NCBI GenBank assembly: GCA_965230715.1 | Contig: CBDDLK010000001.1 | Location: 2,738,656 to 2,802,655 of the forward strand | Source of the DNA: Rhizobiaceae bacterium | Lineage (GTDB): Bacteria > Pseudomonadota > Alphaproteobacteria > Rhizobiales > Rhizobiaceae | Reading direction: 5' to 3' | Length of the DNA: 64,000 nt | Shown: positions 1-10,384 of the stretch, in pieces | How the letters are laid out: each line of letters begins with the position of its first letter | How positions within the stretch are numbered: position 1 is the first letter of the stretch | Translations under genes and position numbers: made by a program | Notes under the pieces: generated by a model | What the model saw: the letters and a program-made list of their open reading frames with translations, nothing else | Databases searched by the model: none | What the model was told of the DNA's origin: nothing

Positions 1-1619
1 TGATAATGGGCGGAGGCTCAGCAGGATCAACCCTGGCGGCACGTTTGACTGAAGACCCCGGCACCACGGTTTGTCTGCTTGAGGCCGGAGGAAAAGGCGA
101 CGGAATTCTTGTACGGGCGCCCGCGATGGTGGTGGCGATGTTGCCCGGTCACGGAAAGATCAACAACTGGGCGATGAACACCGTTCCCCAACCCGGGTTG
201 AACGGACGCAAGGGTTATCAGCCACGCGGCCGTGCATTGGGCGGTTCGTCTGCGATCAACGCAATGCTTTACGTGCGCGGGCACCGGTCGGATTATGATG
301 ATTGGGCTGATCTGGGAAATGAAGGCTGGGATTGGGACAATGTGTTACCGTATTTCAAGCGTGCTGAAAACAACCAGCATGGCGGTGACGAACATCACGG
401 TGACAGTGGCCCCTTGCAGGTAAGCGATCAGCAAAGTCCGCGCCCCATGAGCCGGGCGTTTGTAGAAGCTGCAACGCTTCTGCAACACCGTGAAGTGAGC
501 GATTTCAACACAGGCGATAACGAGGGAGTTGGTCTTTATCAGGTAACGCAGTTCCATAGCAAGGAAAAGGCTGGTGAGCGCTGTTCGGCTGCGGCGGCTT
601 ATTTGCACCCTGTCATGGAAAGCCGACCCAATCTGACGGTACTCACCAAGGTGCGGGCGGAGAAGGTCCTGTTTGATGGCAAGCGCGCAACGGGCATCAA
701 GTATTTGCAAGGCAAGCAGTCCAAGCAAGTCAAGGCAAAACGCGAAGTGATCTTGTGCGGAGGTAGTTTTGGTACCCCGCAACTCTTGCAGCTCTCGGGC
801 GTGGGGCGGCCCGAAGACATCACTCATCACGGTATCGAGATGGTGCATGAACTGCCTGGCGTGGGCCAAAACCTGCAGGATCACCTGGATTTCATTCTGG
901 CATGGAAATCAAAGGATACCGACAATTTTGGAATCGGAGCTGCCGGGACGATCAATCTGACCAAACATATCCTGAATTGGCGCAAGAACGGATCGGGCAT
1001 GTTGGCGACACCCTTTGCCGAAGGTGCTGCTTTTCTGAAAACCGACAAGGCTCTGAGCCGTCCTGACATTCAGTTGCATTATGTGATCTCGATCGTCGAT
1101 GACCATGCGCGCAAACTGCATCTGGGTTACGGTTTCTCCTGCCATGTCTGTGCGCTGCGTCCTTATTCGCGCGGAGAGGTGTTCCTGCAATCGGGTGACC
1201 CGACTGCGGATCCGGGCATTGATCCAAAGTTTTTGTCCGATCAACGTGATCTGGAAACCATGATCAAGGGCGCAAGAATGACCCGCGAAATACTGATGCA
1301 GGAACCAATGGCCAAGTATCGCCACAAGGAACTGTTCGGCACTGACACCGCCCAAACCGATGCAGATTGGGAGGCTCACATCAGGGCACGAGCGGACACG
1401 ATCTATCACCCGGTTGGTACCTGCAAGATGGGAACCGACGACATGGCAGTGGTTGATCCTTCCCTGAAGGTTCACGGACTTGAGGGATTGCGTGTGGTCG
1501 ATGCATCCATCATGCCTACCCTGATCGGCGGCAACACCAACGCACCGACCATCATGATTGCAGAAAAGGCTGCGGACATGATTCGTCAAGACGCCGGAAT
1601 GGCTCAGGCAGCAGAATAG
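1..1619 (+). CDS. GMC-family FAD oxidoreductase (choline/alcohol dehydrogenase-like), 5' end cut by window edge
   Basis: The frame is open to position 1. It has an N-terminal GGGSAGS dinucleotide fold, the GGSSAINAMLYVRG GMC signature and the C-terminal HPVGTCKMG active-site region. Confidence 0.9.
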   Translation, partial: IMGGGSAGSTLAARLTEDPGTTVCLLEAGGKGDGILVRAPAMVVAMLPGHGKINNWAMNTVPQPGLNGRKGYQPRGRALGGSSAINAMLYVRGHRSDYDDWADLGNEGWDWDNVLPYFKRAENNQHGGDEHHGDSGPLQVSDQQSPRPMSRAFVEAATLLQHREVSDFNTGDNEGVGLYQVTQFHSKEKAGERCSAAAAYLHPVMESRPNLTVLTKVRAEKVLFDGKRATGIKYLQGKQSKQVKAKREVILCGGSFGTPQLLQLSGVGRPEDITHHGIEMVHELPGVGQNLQDHLDFILAWKSKDTDNFGIGAAGTINLTKHILNWRKNGSGMLATPFAEGAAFLKTDKALSRPDIQLHYVISIVDDHARKLHLGYGFSCHVCALRPYSRGEVFLQSGDPTADPGIDPKFLSDQRDLETMIKGARMTREILMQEPMAKYRHKELFGTDTAQTDADWEAHIRARADTIYHPVGTCKMGTDDMAVVDPSLKVHGLEGLRVVDASIMPTLIGGNTNAPTIMIAEKAADMIRQDAGMAQAAE

Positions 1620-1629
1620 GAATTTGGAT

Positions 1630-3246
1630 ATGCTTGGAAAAATGATGGATCAGCCATTGCTGATCTCCGAACTGATCGCCCATGCCGGCAGATATCATGG
1701 CGCGACTGACTTGATATCAATAGAAACATCTGGCGAAGTCGTCACGACAAACTGGGCGGAAGTCGAAGCAAATGCACGGCGACTGGCATCAGCGCTTGCC
1801 AAGCTGGGCCTGTCTGCAGAAGATCGCTGTGCGACCATTGCCTGGAACAACCGCCGACATCTGGAAATTTATTTCGGCGTGGCCGGAGGTGGGTTTGTTT
1901 GCCATACCATCAACCCGCGGCTTCATCCCGAACAGCTGGTTTATATCGTCAACGATGCGATCGACAAGGTTTTGTTCCTTGATCATACCTTCCTGCCTGC
2001 GGCAGCCAAGCTGAAAGAACACTTCAAGACAGTCGAACACATTGTGCTTATGGGCCCCCGCGACGAGGAAGCGGCGGCGACGGTTGACGGTCTGGTGTTT
2101 TATGATGAATTGCTCGAAACCGGTGATCCCGAATTTGAGTGGCCATCCTTCGAAGAAACCCGGGCCTCGTCACTGTGCTACACATCTGGAACAACAGGCA
2201 AACCCAAGGGCGTTCTTTACACCCATCGTTCGACGCTTTTGCACTCAATTGCTGCCAACCAGCCAGACGGTTTTGCCATCTCGGCAAAGGACACCGTGAT
2301 GCCTGTAGTGCCAATGTTTCATGCCAATGCATGGGGAATACCTTACGTCGCAGCAGGGGTCGGGGCTAAACTGGTGTTGCCCGGCCCAGGTCTGGATGGG
2401 GACAACCTTGTGAAACTGATCGACGGGCATCAGGTAACTCTGGCGTTCGGTGTCCCGACGATCTGGATGGGGCTGCTAGCGGCGCTGGAGGATACCGGGT
2501 CAAAGGCTGAAAGTCTGACCCGCACCATTGTCGGCGGCTCCGCGTTACCTCCGTCCATGATCACTGAGTTTCGTGACAAATATGATGTTGAGTTGATCCA
2601 TGCATGGGGGATGACCGAAACCAGCCCCTTGGGAACGCTCAACCAATTGCTGCAAAAGCACGGTGCGCTGAGCGCAGAAGAACAAGCCGAATTGCGGTTG
2701 GGTCAGGGGCGCCCACCCTTTGGTGTCGAGTTGCGCATTGTTGATGAATCCGGCGCAATTCTCCCCAATGACGGCGAAACCCAGGGCGACCTTCAGATTC
2801 GGGGTTACTGGATTGTGGACACATATTTTGGAATGGATTCCAGTGCACTGACCGATGACGGATGGTTTGACACTGGCGATGTGGCCACTATTGACGCCGA
2901 TGGCTACATGATCATTCGTGACCGTTCCAAGGACATCATAAAATCGGGCGGTGAATGGATTTCCACTGTGGAGTTGGAGAACATCGCTATCGGTCATCCA
3001 GCCATAGCCAACGCTGCTGCAATCGCTGCACGGCACAAAAAATGGGCCGAACGACCCATCCTGATCGCGGTAAAGTCCGGCGAAGTCACGGAGGAAGAGT
3101 TGCTTGCGTGTTACGAGGGTAAAATCGCAAGCTGGCAAGTGCCGGACAAAGTAATTTTTGTCGACGAGCTACCTCTCAGCGCAACCGGCAAAGTCGTCAA
3201 AGTGAAGCTGCGTGAAATTTATAGCGACGTGCTTTGGGAGGATTAA
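1630..3246 (+). CDS. AMP-dependent acyl-CoA synthetase (fatty-acid--CoA ligase-like)
   Basis: It carries the YTSGTTGKPKGV AMP-binding motif. The ATG at 1630 follows AGGAA by 7 nt. The track ORF begins at a TTG at 1624. Confidence 0.9.
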   Translation: MLGKMMDQPLLISELIAHAGRYHGATDLISIETSGEVVTTNWAEVEANARRLASALAKLGLSAEDRCATIAWNNRRHLEIYFGVAGGGFVCHTINPRLHPEQLVYIVNDAIDKVLFLDHTFLPAAAKLKEHFKTVEHIVLMGPRDEEAAATVDGLVFYDELLETGDPEFEWPSFEETRASSLCYTSGTTGKPKGVLYTHRSTLLHSIAANQPDGFAISAKDTVMPVVPMFHANAWGIPYVAAGVGAKLVLPGPGLDGDNLVKLIDGHQVTLAFGVPTIWMGLLAALEDTGSKAESLTRTIVGGSALPPSMITEFRDKYDVELIHAWGMTETSPLGTLNQLLQKHGALSAEEQAELRLGQGRPPFGVELRIVDESGAILPNDGETQGDLQIRGYWIVDTYFGMDSSALTDDGWFDTGDVATIDADGYMIIRDRSKDIIKSGGEWISTVELENIAIGHPAIANAAAIAARHKKWAERPILIAVKSGEVTEEELLACYEGKIASWQVPDKVIFVDELPLSATGKVVKVKLREIYSDVLWED

Positions 3247-3250
3247 TCAA

Positions 3251-4990
3251 ATGAAACATGTCAGTGAATTCAACCCCGATCTTCAACATAGCTATGAACA
3301 GGACCTCGCCACGCTTGAAGGCACCAAACACCAGTGGGCGAAAACCCCGGTTTCTGAGCGCATTGAACTGTTGCAAGCGGTAAAGGACGCCTTGATGCCG
3401 GTTGCAGAAGGCTGGGCAACCGCGGCTGCACGCAAAAAACGCATTCCGCACGGGTCTGCGTTGTTGGGAGAAGAATGGATCAGCGGTCCATATGCCGTCA
3501 TGGCGGGCTGCAACGGGCTGATCGAAACGCTTTCTCACATGGAAGGAAAGACTTTCCTGAAGAAGCTTCCGACCCGTGAGCTTGCAAATGGTCAAACGGC
3601 CGTAAAGATCGTCCCGCATTCGATCTGGGACCATCTTTTGCTCTCCGGGGTCAAAGCACATGTCTGGATGCAGCGCGGGGTAAATGCAACCAATTTGGCC
3701 GAAAACGCTGCAACCGCCTATGACATTCCAATCGAAAAACGCATCGGAAAAGTTGCACTTGTCCTTGGTGCCGGAAATATTGCTGCCATTTCACCCCTTG
3801 ACGCATTCCAGAAACTATTTTTGGAAAACCAGGTCGTGCTTTTAAAAATGAACCCGGTGAATGACTACCTCACCGAGTATCTTGAGGCAGCACTGAAACC
3901 GCTGATTGATGCAAATGTGCTTCGGATCCACCGCGGGGACGGTCCCGCCGGGGCGTTTTTGTGCGAACATCCATTGGTGGAAGAAATTCACATCACCGGA
4001 GCGCGCGCAACGCATGACGCCATTGTTTGGGGTACAGGCAAAGAAGGAGAGCGCAACAAAGCCAGCGGAAAACCCAAAAATCCGCGCCCGGTTACCTCTG
4101 AGCTCGGTGCAGTGTGCCCAACAATTGTAGTTCCCGGGCCTTGGTCTGCTGCTGACATCCGCTTTCAGGCAGAGCAGATTGCCACCATGAAACTGCACAA
4201 CTCCGGTTTCAATTGCGTCGCAGTACAATGCCTGATCCTGCCAGAGGGTTGGGACAAGGGTACTGCACTCATGAATGCGTTGGGAAGCGTAATGAAAAAG
4301 TTCGGCAACCGCGAAGCCTATTATCCGGGAGCCGAGGCACGACAGGCAGAGTTTGAAGAACATGCCCAGAACCCCACTTCGTTGCAGCGAGGTGATGGCG
4401 TACCACCCTGTTGCGTGGCAGATATGGAACGCGGCGATACACAGTGGCTGGAACAAAACGAGGTGTTTGCGCCCGCCCTTGGGGTTAAACATCTTGCTTC
4501 ACCTGATCCGGAAACCTTTCTGCGTAGCGCCATCGCATGGGCGAATGACAACCTGTATGGTACGCTGGGCGGTAACATCTTGATCCATCCGGCAACGATC
4601 AGAAAAATAGGTCGCAAACGGTTTGAGGAAATCCTGTCGGAATTCCACTATGGAACGATTGCCATTAACGCTTGGACCGGCCTTGGGTTTCTTCTCGCAC
4701 CAGTACCTTGGGGAGGCTTCGCAGGGGCCACGTTGGAGGACGTGCAGTCAGGGATCGGAACAGTGCACAACACGTTTATGCTCGAAAACACCGAACGTAC
4801 TGTCGTGGAGGCACCTTTCCGACCGTTCCCGAGAAACCTTCTGTCGCTGGGGCTGACGCTGCTGCCAAGGCCGCCCTGGTTCATTACGAACCGGCAACAG
4901 CATCACATTGGAAAACTGCTCACCCAGTTTCAGTACAAACCAAGCTGGTTCAAAATTCCCCGTATTTTCTTGCACGCCCTTTTGGGTTAA
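3251..4990 (+). CDS. aldehyde dehydrogenase superfamily protein, long form with about 100-aa C-terminal extension
   Basis: It has ELGAVCP and NSGFNCVAVQ (catalytic Cys region) in the usual ALDH order. The ATG at 3251 lies 5 nt after the upstream stop. The earlier part of the track ORF overlaps the previous gene. Confidence 0.8.
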   Translation: MKHVSEFNPDLQHSYEQDLATLEGTKHQWAKTPVSERIELLQAVKDALMPVAEGWATAAARKKRIPHGSALLGEEWISGPYAVMAGCNGLIETLSHMEGKTFLKKLPTRELANGQTAVKIVPHSIWDHLLLSGVKAHVWMQRGVNATNLAENAATAYDIPIEKRIGKVALVLGAGNIAAISPLDAFQKLFLENQVVLLKMNPVNDYLTEYLEAALKPLIDANVLRIHRGDGPAGAFLCEHPLVEEIHITGARATHDAIVWGTGKEGERNKASGKPKNPRPVTSELGAVCPTIVVPGPWSAADIRFQAEQIATMKLHNSGFNCVAVQCLILPEGWDKGTALMNALGSVMKKFGNREAYYPGAEARQAEFEEHAQNPTSLQRGDGVPPCCVADMERGDTQWLEQNEVFAPALGVKHLASPDPETFLRSAIAWANDNLYGTLGGNILIHPATIRKIGRKRFEEILSEFHYGTIAINAWTGLGFLLAPVPWGGFAGATLEDVQSGIGTVHNTFMLENTERTVVEAPFRPFPRNLLSLGLTLLPRPPWFITNRQQHHIGKLLTQFQYKPSWFKIPRIFLHALLG

Positions 4991-5019
4991 AGATGCCCTG
5001 AAACTGCATTGGGGCAAGA

Positions 5020-5637
5020 ATGAACATCCAGAAGGACATAAATCCGAAGGCAAGCCGACGGGTTGCGAAGGCTGCGAAACGCGAAGCCAAGAAGCGAGAA
5101 ATTGCACAGAGCGCAATTTCTGCGCTCAAGACCTATGGTTACGCCAAAACCACCCTGCGTGACATTGCCGACCAGTCAGACCTTTCTCTGGGGATGCTTC
5201 ACTATTATTTCGATGACAAAGAGCAGTTGCTGATTTATTGCGTGCGCCTCTACAAAGAGGAATTTGTCGCCAAGATGAATGATGTGTTGACCAGTGCGTC
5301 GTCAACAGACCACCTCGTGCCCGCGTTTACACGCGCGCTAGCGGAAACGATACGCAATGACGCTGATATTCACCGGCTGTGGTATGATATTCGTGGCCAG
5401 GCGATGTTCGACGAGCGTTTCCAGCCGGTCGTAACCGAATTGGAAGGAATGCTGCAGGACCTTCTTCGACCGTTTGCCACTGAACCTTCTCAAGCACACC
5501 ACTATCAGGAGGTGCTCTATGCCCAAGTCGATGGCGTTTTCCGGTTTCTGCTCCAGCGCCGGACTGGCGGTGAAGAGCTCAGCGAAAATGAAATGCAGGA
5601 GATGCTTGCGGCACCGCTAGGTGGCCTTCACCGCTAA
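5020..5637 (+). CDS. TetR-family transcriptional regulator
   Basis: The N-terminal HTH is YGYAKTTLRDIADQSDLSLGMLHYYF. Length is 205 aa. Confidence 0.85.
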   Translation: MNIQKDINPKASRRVAKAAKREAKKREIAQSAISALKTYGYAKTTLRDIADQSDLSLGMLHYYFDDKEQLLIYCVRLYKEEFVAKMNDVLTSASSTDHLVPAFTRALAETIRNDADIHRLWYDIRGQAMFDERFQPVVTELEGMLQDLLRPFATEPSQAHHYQEVLYAQVDGVFRFLLQRRTGGEELSENEMQEMLAAPLGGLHR

Positions 5638-5713
5638 GTATTCCCGGAATTTCCGCAGTGCATGTTTTCAAACAATGTATGAAACAGCGGGTCGGTGAAG
5701 AAAGTCAGGGTAT

Positions 5714-7771
5714 TTACTCAACCGCTGACGAAGTCGACCGGCCATTCAACCAAGCGATGCAAAACCCGGGCAATGCAAGGACAATTGCAATTGCCGCGAG
5801 CGCACCATGTGAAATCCCGAGGGTGCCGCCACCGGGTGCAGCGAGGACAAGACCTCCAACCACCAACGAGCTGCGACCTGCCACAGCGATCATTCCTCTT
5901 CCAAGTGATCCGAACCCGAACAACCACCCTTGCAGCCCGGCGGCAACCAGTGTGATGCCAAACAGTGCGGTTACGAAAACCATGGCGATTTCTGCAACCG
6001 AACCCTGCAGCAGCAATGCTGGGTTGAAAACAAAAAAGAACGGGATGAAGTAGATGATCGTTCCTATGCGCATCGCTTCCAGCCCGGTTTCCATCGGTCC
6101 GGCTTTGGAGATCGAGGCAGCGGCGAATGCAGCCAGCGCTACCGGCGGGGTAATGAAACTGAGCATACCCCAGTAAAGCAGGAACATGTGTACGCTCAAC
6201 GGATCCAGTCCCACCGAAATGAGCGCCGGTGCAAGAATGATCGCCAGGAAGATGTATGCAGCCGTCACGGTCATGCCGATCCCCAGGATAAAACTCGTCA
6301 CGGCACCCATAATGAGCAACATCAGTGGGCTTCCACCAGCCAGAAACACAAGGTCATTGGTAAGGGTTCCGGTCATTCCCGTCGCCTGAAGTGCACCCAC
6401 GATCATTCCTACGGCTGCAAGCAGACCGGCAAGTTCTGCGAGCAATCCTCCGGTTGCGTAAACAAATTTCTTGAAGGTCGCCCATGACATACGATGCGTT
6501 TTGTTGAACTGGTTGATAATCAGCAGCAACGCCGCAGCAAGGAATGGTGCTTGCGCCTCTCGCTTCATGTAAACCAGCAGAAAAATCAGAAGCGCGAATA
6601 CGGCCAGATAATACCATCCCTCTTTGAACACCTGACCAACTTTTGGAAGCTCCTCACGGGGCAGTCCTTTAAGGCCATGATTTGCAGAGTAGGCATCGAT
6701 CTGAACAAACAGCCCGAGATAGTAAAGAAGAGACGGGATTACCGCTGCAGCAGCTATGCTGATATAGGACATGCCCAGAAAGTCCGCCATGACAAACGCG
6801 GTTGCTCCCATGATAGGCGGCATCATGGTACCACCTGTTGAAGCGCAAGCCTCGATTGCCCCGGCGGTCTTGGGGCGAACCCCAATCCGTGTCATTGTAG
6901 GAATGGTAAGGGCACCTGTGGTCAGCACATTGGTAATGGGTCCTCCTGAAATAGAGCCGAACAAACCGGAAGAAAAAATTGCCACTTTTGCCGGACCGCC
7001 ACGAACGTGACCCAAAACCGCAAATGCAAGATCAAGGAAGAAACGGCCACCACCAGTATAAACCAGCGCATTGCCGAAAATCATGAATCCGAAGAACAGA
7101 AGCGCGTACGCCCGGATCGGAATACCCAGCAAGCTTTCTTCGGAAAAGACATGGAATGCCGCCGTGTCAAACAGGGACTGGTTCACGCCGGAAATCACTT
7201 CGGGCATCAGGTGCACATAGACCGGGAAAAACGAAATCAGGGTCGCGATGAAAAAAACCGCCCATCCCCCTGCTCTTCTTCCGGCCTCGAGAATGATGAA
7301 CCAGAACACCAGGGCATACCACTTGCTGTAATCCGGGGCGTTGTATTCCCAACCGTCTTCAAGGATCACAATTCCCAACCAGGCAAACATTATTGTCAGG
7401 CCCAGCACCGCGACGATCAGCGCAATATCGTATAAAGGCACCCGGTCACGGGGCGCGTTTTTTGTCGCCGGCAAGAAGATGAACATCATGGCCGTCATGA
7501 CGCCCACGATCAGATAAAGATACTGGTTTTGCAGCAGGGTATTTCCCAAAACCCATTTGAACAACGGCAACCGGAAGATTTCGTTTATCGCCAACAGGAT
7601 GGAAAACACCGTCCCGCCAAAGGCGATCGCCACCCAATACCGTCCTGGTTGCCGGTAGCGTGCAAGCTCCAGATCATCGACCTCATCGTTCGGTCCCGGG
7701 GTTTGGTGTTCATTCGCGGCTTGTTCGGTCATGCGGGTATCCTCGGTCCAGATGGGTGCCGTGGCATCCAA
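5714..7771 (-). CDS. TRAP transporter fused permease (TAXI-type 4TM/12TM fusion)
   Basis: It is a 685-aa polytopic membrane protein immediately downstream of a TAXI receptor gene. The true start may be the internal Met at 7732. Confidence 0.85.
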   Translation of the reverse strand: MDATAPIWTEDTRMTEQAANEHQTPGPNDEVDDLELARYRQPGRYWVAIAFGGTVFSILLAINEIFRLPLFKWVLGNTLLQNQYLYLIVGVMTAMMFIFLPATKNAPRDRVPLYDIALIVAVLGLTIMFAWLGIVILEDGWEYNAPDYSKWYALVFWFIILEAGRRAGGWAVFFIATLISFFPVYVHLMPEVISGVNQSLFDTAAFHVFSEESLLGIPIRAYALLFFGFMIFGNALVYTGGGRFFLDLAFAVLGHVRGGPAKVAIFSSGLFGSISGGPITNVLTTGALTIPTMTRIGVRPKTAGAIEACASTGGTMMPPIMGATAFVMADFLGMSYISIAAAAVIPSLLYYLGLFVQIDAYSANHGLKGLPREELPKVGQVFKEGWYYLAVFALLIFLLVYMKREAQAPFLAAALLLIINQFNKTHRMSWATFKKFVYATGGLLAELAGLLAAVGMIVGALQATGMTGTLTNDLVFLAGGSPLMLLIMGAVTSFILGIGMTVTAAYIFLAIILAPALISVGLDPLSVHMFLLYWGMLSFITPPVALAAFAAASISKAGPMETGLEAMRIGTIIYFIPFFFVFNPALLLQGSVAEIAMVFVTALFGITLVAAGLQGWLFGFGSLGRGMIAVAGRSSLVVGGLVLAAPGGGTLGISHGALAAIAIVLALPGFCIAWLNGRSTSSAVE

Positions 7772-7792
7772 ATCATGAAGATCAGATGGTTT

Positions 7793-7816
7793 GGGCGACC
7801 CCGAACGGGACCGCCC
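7793..7816 (-). terminator. intercistronic stem-loop between the TAXI receptor and permease genes
   Basis: GGGCGACCCC-gaac-GGGACCGCCC forms 5 bp, a 2x2 internal loop and 3 bp. There is no T-tract on the transcribed strand, so it is more likely an mRNA-processing or stability element than a full terminator. Confidence 0.3.
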
Positions 7817-7853
7817 GCTTTTAGTGGACGTTCAGTCAGACGACTTCACGCGC

Positions 7854-8993
7854 TCACCAGGCTGTGAAAACCGGATCCATTCCAGCAGCCGTCAATGCGT
7901 CAGCACGGGCCTTGATCCAGCCTTCCTTGAAGTCCTCTGCAGGGGATGCCTTGTAGTCCTCCCAAGCTTTCAGGAGCACGTCCTGCCGCGCCAGCATTGC
8001 CTTCTGGTTGGCTTCAGCCTTGTCTGACCACCAGCCAATTTCCTTGAGGTATTTTACCGAACCTTCGTGATAGGGCAGGTAAAAATCTTCCATCTGCTTG
8101 TCCAGCGCCCAACCGTTCATTCCCGGAACCGTATCCTTGTAGCTGTCGAAATTATCGATCATGGCCTTGGTAAATCCATAGACGATCTCTTCATCAACAT
8201 CGGGACGCGTGATCTGGACAGGGAAAACCTGCGCTACGCCCTGCCAACCTTCCTTCGGAATGCCGGGAGCCCCTTCATGATTGCAAACTCCAGGCACATA
8301 CCACGGCACCATCGTCCTCAACCGCTTCCAGCCTTCTTCATTGTCGTGCGGAATCTCGGGGTGGAACACGCCGCGTGGACTTGCTTCCTGCTTGATATTG
8401 AAGGTAGACGTGGACTGGTTGATTGCGACATCTGCGTCTCCGCCGATAATCGCCTCGATTGAAGCAGCAAACCCGCCGACTTCAACAAGTTCAACATCGT
8501 CAACAGTAAGACCGGCGAAGGAAAGATAGGCTTTGGTTGCAGTCTGCAGGGCTGCGGAACCGCGAACCCAGGCCACGCGTTTGCCCTTCACGTCTTCGAT
8601 TTTCTCGATGCCAACATCGGTTGCCGTGGTGAACATCAAACAACCACCCGGACGGCTAAGCAAAACCAGGCGTACCGGCTGTGGTCCCCATTCTTCCTTG
8701 CCGAAGGTGAATACACCTTCCTGCGAATAAACCGCATCTGAGCCCGTTGAAGCGAAATGCGCCTTGCCCGCCTTCAACGGCCCAAGACGAGAGACGTCAT
8801 TTTTACCCGGCAGAACACGGAAGTTCACGCCATACTTCTCTTTCAGCACACTACCAACGGCAACCATCTGATTGTAACCGACACCGCCCGTACTGTAGGC
8901 TGTGGTGACCACTGTATTCGGAAGATTGACTTCTCCGGCGCTTGCCGAACCGGCGATCAGGGCGATCGCCGCTGCTTTGATAAACTGTTTCAT
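7854..8993 (-). CDS. TAXI-family TRAP solute-binding protein
   Basis: The signal peptide is MKQFIKAAAIALIAGSASA. The roughly 380-aa periplasmic protein resembles the TAXI (immunogenic protein) family, and it is adjacent to the fused permease. Confidence 0.85.
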   Translation of the reverse strand: MKQFIKAAAIALIAGSASAGEVNLPNTVVTTAYSTGGVGYNQMVAVGSVLKEKYGVNFRVLPGKNDVSRLGPLKAGKAHFASTGSDAVYSQEGVFTFGKEEWGPQPVRLVLLSRPGGCLMFTTATDVGIEKIEDVKGKRVAWVRGSAALQTATKAYLSFAGLTVDDVELVEVGGFAASIEAIIGGDADVAINQSTSTFNIKQEASPRGVFHPEIPHDNEEGWKRLRTMVPWYVPGVCNHEGAPGIPKEGWQGVAQVFPVQITRPDVDEEIVYGFTKAMIDNFDSYKDTVPGMNGWALDKQMEDFYLPYHEGSVKYLKEIGWWSDKAEANQKAMLARQDVLLKAWEDYKASPAEDFKEGWIKARADALTAAGMDPVFTAW

Positions 8994-9025
8994 GTTCACT
9001 CCTATGTTGTGTTGATGGTGTGCGG

Positions 9026-10273
9026 TCACCAGGTAACCGGCAGTGTGTCCACACGGAAAATGAAACGCTCTTCATCGAACGTGACGTCTTCAAAGGGAAC
9101 CGCTAGCTGCACGTTCGGAAGTCTGCTGAACAGGGCCTCCAGCGCACTTTGGATTTCAGCGCGGGCAATCGGTTGCCCCAGGCATTGGTGCATTCCAAAT
9201 CCGAACGCGACATGACCACGGGCATCGCGATCCAGATCCAGCTTGTCCGGATTGTCCCAGCGCTCCGGGTCCCGGTTGGCCGACGGGTTGAACCCGATGA
9301 TTCCGTCGCCTTTCCTGATGGTCACTCCGCCGATTTCAATATCGGCCAAGGCAACCCGGCGGCGACCGCCTTGGGTGGCATCAACATAACGCAACAGCTC
9401 TTCGGTAGCTGGCTCGATCCGGCTTGGATCATCCGTCAGCTTTTTCATTTCTTCGGGATTGGCCAGCAATGCCCAAAGAGATGCCGAGAGCGTATTTGCT
9501 GTCGTTTCGTGTCCTGCAATAAGCAGCAAACGCGACAGACTGACCATTTCATGATGCGTCATGTGACCCGGAATCATCTGTTGTTGGACCAGCCGCGAAA
9601 GCAAGTCATCCTGAGGATTATCGACCTTGCGCTGCACCAATTCCGGAAGGTAGCGACCGCAGAAATCTTCGGTGACCCGCTCAACTTCATCCATCGGGGA
9701 AAGGTTACTGGTCAAAACGTCCGCGCTTTCCTGGAAATAGTCGTGCTCTTCGTAAGGCACACCTAACAGACCACAAATAACCAGCGTTGGCAGTGGCCAG
9801 CACAAATCCGTAACAAGGTCCGCCTGCTCACCTGATTCTGCTTTCGCGATCATCTTGTCGACCAGGTCTTCGGCAATCGACTTGATCTTGGGCTTCAACT
9901 CATTGACGCGCTTGATGGTGAATTCAGCCGTCAACATGCGCCGCTGCTTGGTATGCTCCGGCGGATCCATGGAGATAATGTTGCGGTATTTACTGCGTCC
10001 GATTGCCTGGCCAGGCGTTTGACCCGGAAAGCCCGGCTTGGAACCGTCCGATGACAGGTTCGGGTTGTTCATCAACGCCTTTACGTCTTCATATCGTGTA
10101 ACAAGCCATGCCTCCTGACCGCTCCAGATACGAACCTTCTTGATCGGCTCTTCTTTTTGCCAATGACGCGAAGCAGGCGGTGGATCAAGCGGATACCCCC
10201 GCTTGGTTGGCCAGAATGGCACATCTTCATGGAAGGGGCAGCCTGCTTGTTCATTCGGTCGCTGGTCGCTCAT
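9026..10273 (-). CDS. cytochrome P450 (class I bacterial type)
   Basis: It has the heme Cys-ligand loop FGFGMHQCLGQ, the I-helix AGHETT and the K-helix EELLR. GGAG lies 7 nt upstream of the ATG at 10273. Confidence 0.92.
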   Translation of the reverse strand: MSDQRPNEQAGCPFHEDVPFWPTKRGYPLDPPPASRHWQKEEPIKKVRIWSGQEAWLVTRYEDVKALMNNPNLSSDGSKPGFPGQTPGQAIGRSKYRNIISMDPPEHTKQRRMLTAEFTIKRVNELKPKIKSIAEDLVDKMIAKAESGEQADLVTDLCWPLPTLVICGLLGVPYEEHDYFQESADVLTSNLSPMDEVERVTEDFCGRYLPELVQRKVDNPQDDLLSRLVQQQMIPGHMTHHEMVSLSRLLLIAGHETTANTLSASLWALLANPEEMKKLTDDPSRIEPATEELLRYVDATQGGRRRVALADIEIGGVTIRKGDGIIGFNPSANRDPERWDNPDKLDLDRDARGHVAFGFGMHQCLGQPIARAEIQSALEALFSRLPNVQLAVPFEDVTFDEERFIFRVDTLPVTW

Positions 10274-10308
10274 TTTGCGCTCCAAATTTAGCTAAGTTAC
10301 AAAACTTC

Positions 10309-10336
10309 TTGAAAACACTTTTATTATTCATATAAA
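10309..10336 (+). promoter_or_regulatory. sigma70-like promoter for the SDR-esterase unit
   Basis: TTGAAA, 16 nt, TATAAA, about 50 nt upstream of the ATG at 10385. Confidence 0.35.
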
Positions 10337-10384
10337 TGACAGTCAAGGAATATGTTTCACCTCAAGGTTTGATAGGCGATTGAA

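Noticed and set aside
5658-6053. ORFs of 131 and 86 aa in the convergent gap after the TetR gene.
   Set aside because: They mostly overlap the 3' end of the TRAP permease gene on the other strand, and their products are low-complexity (Pro/Ala/Thr-rich).
9026-10273. The P450 might be a CYP153-type alkane hydroxylase, given the adjacent GMC alcohol dehydrogenase, ALDH and acyl-CoA synthetase genes.
   Set aside because: At about 415 aa it is shorter than CYP153 enzymes as I remember them. It is also co-transcribed with an anion-type transporter. Family assignment needs a real alignment.
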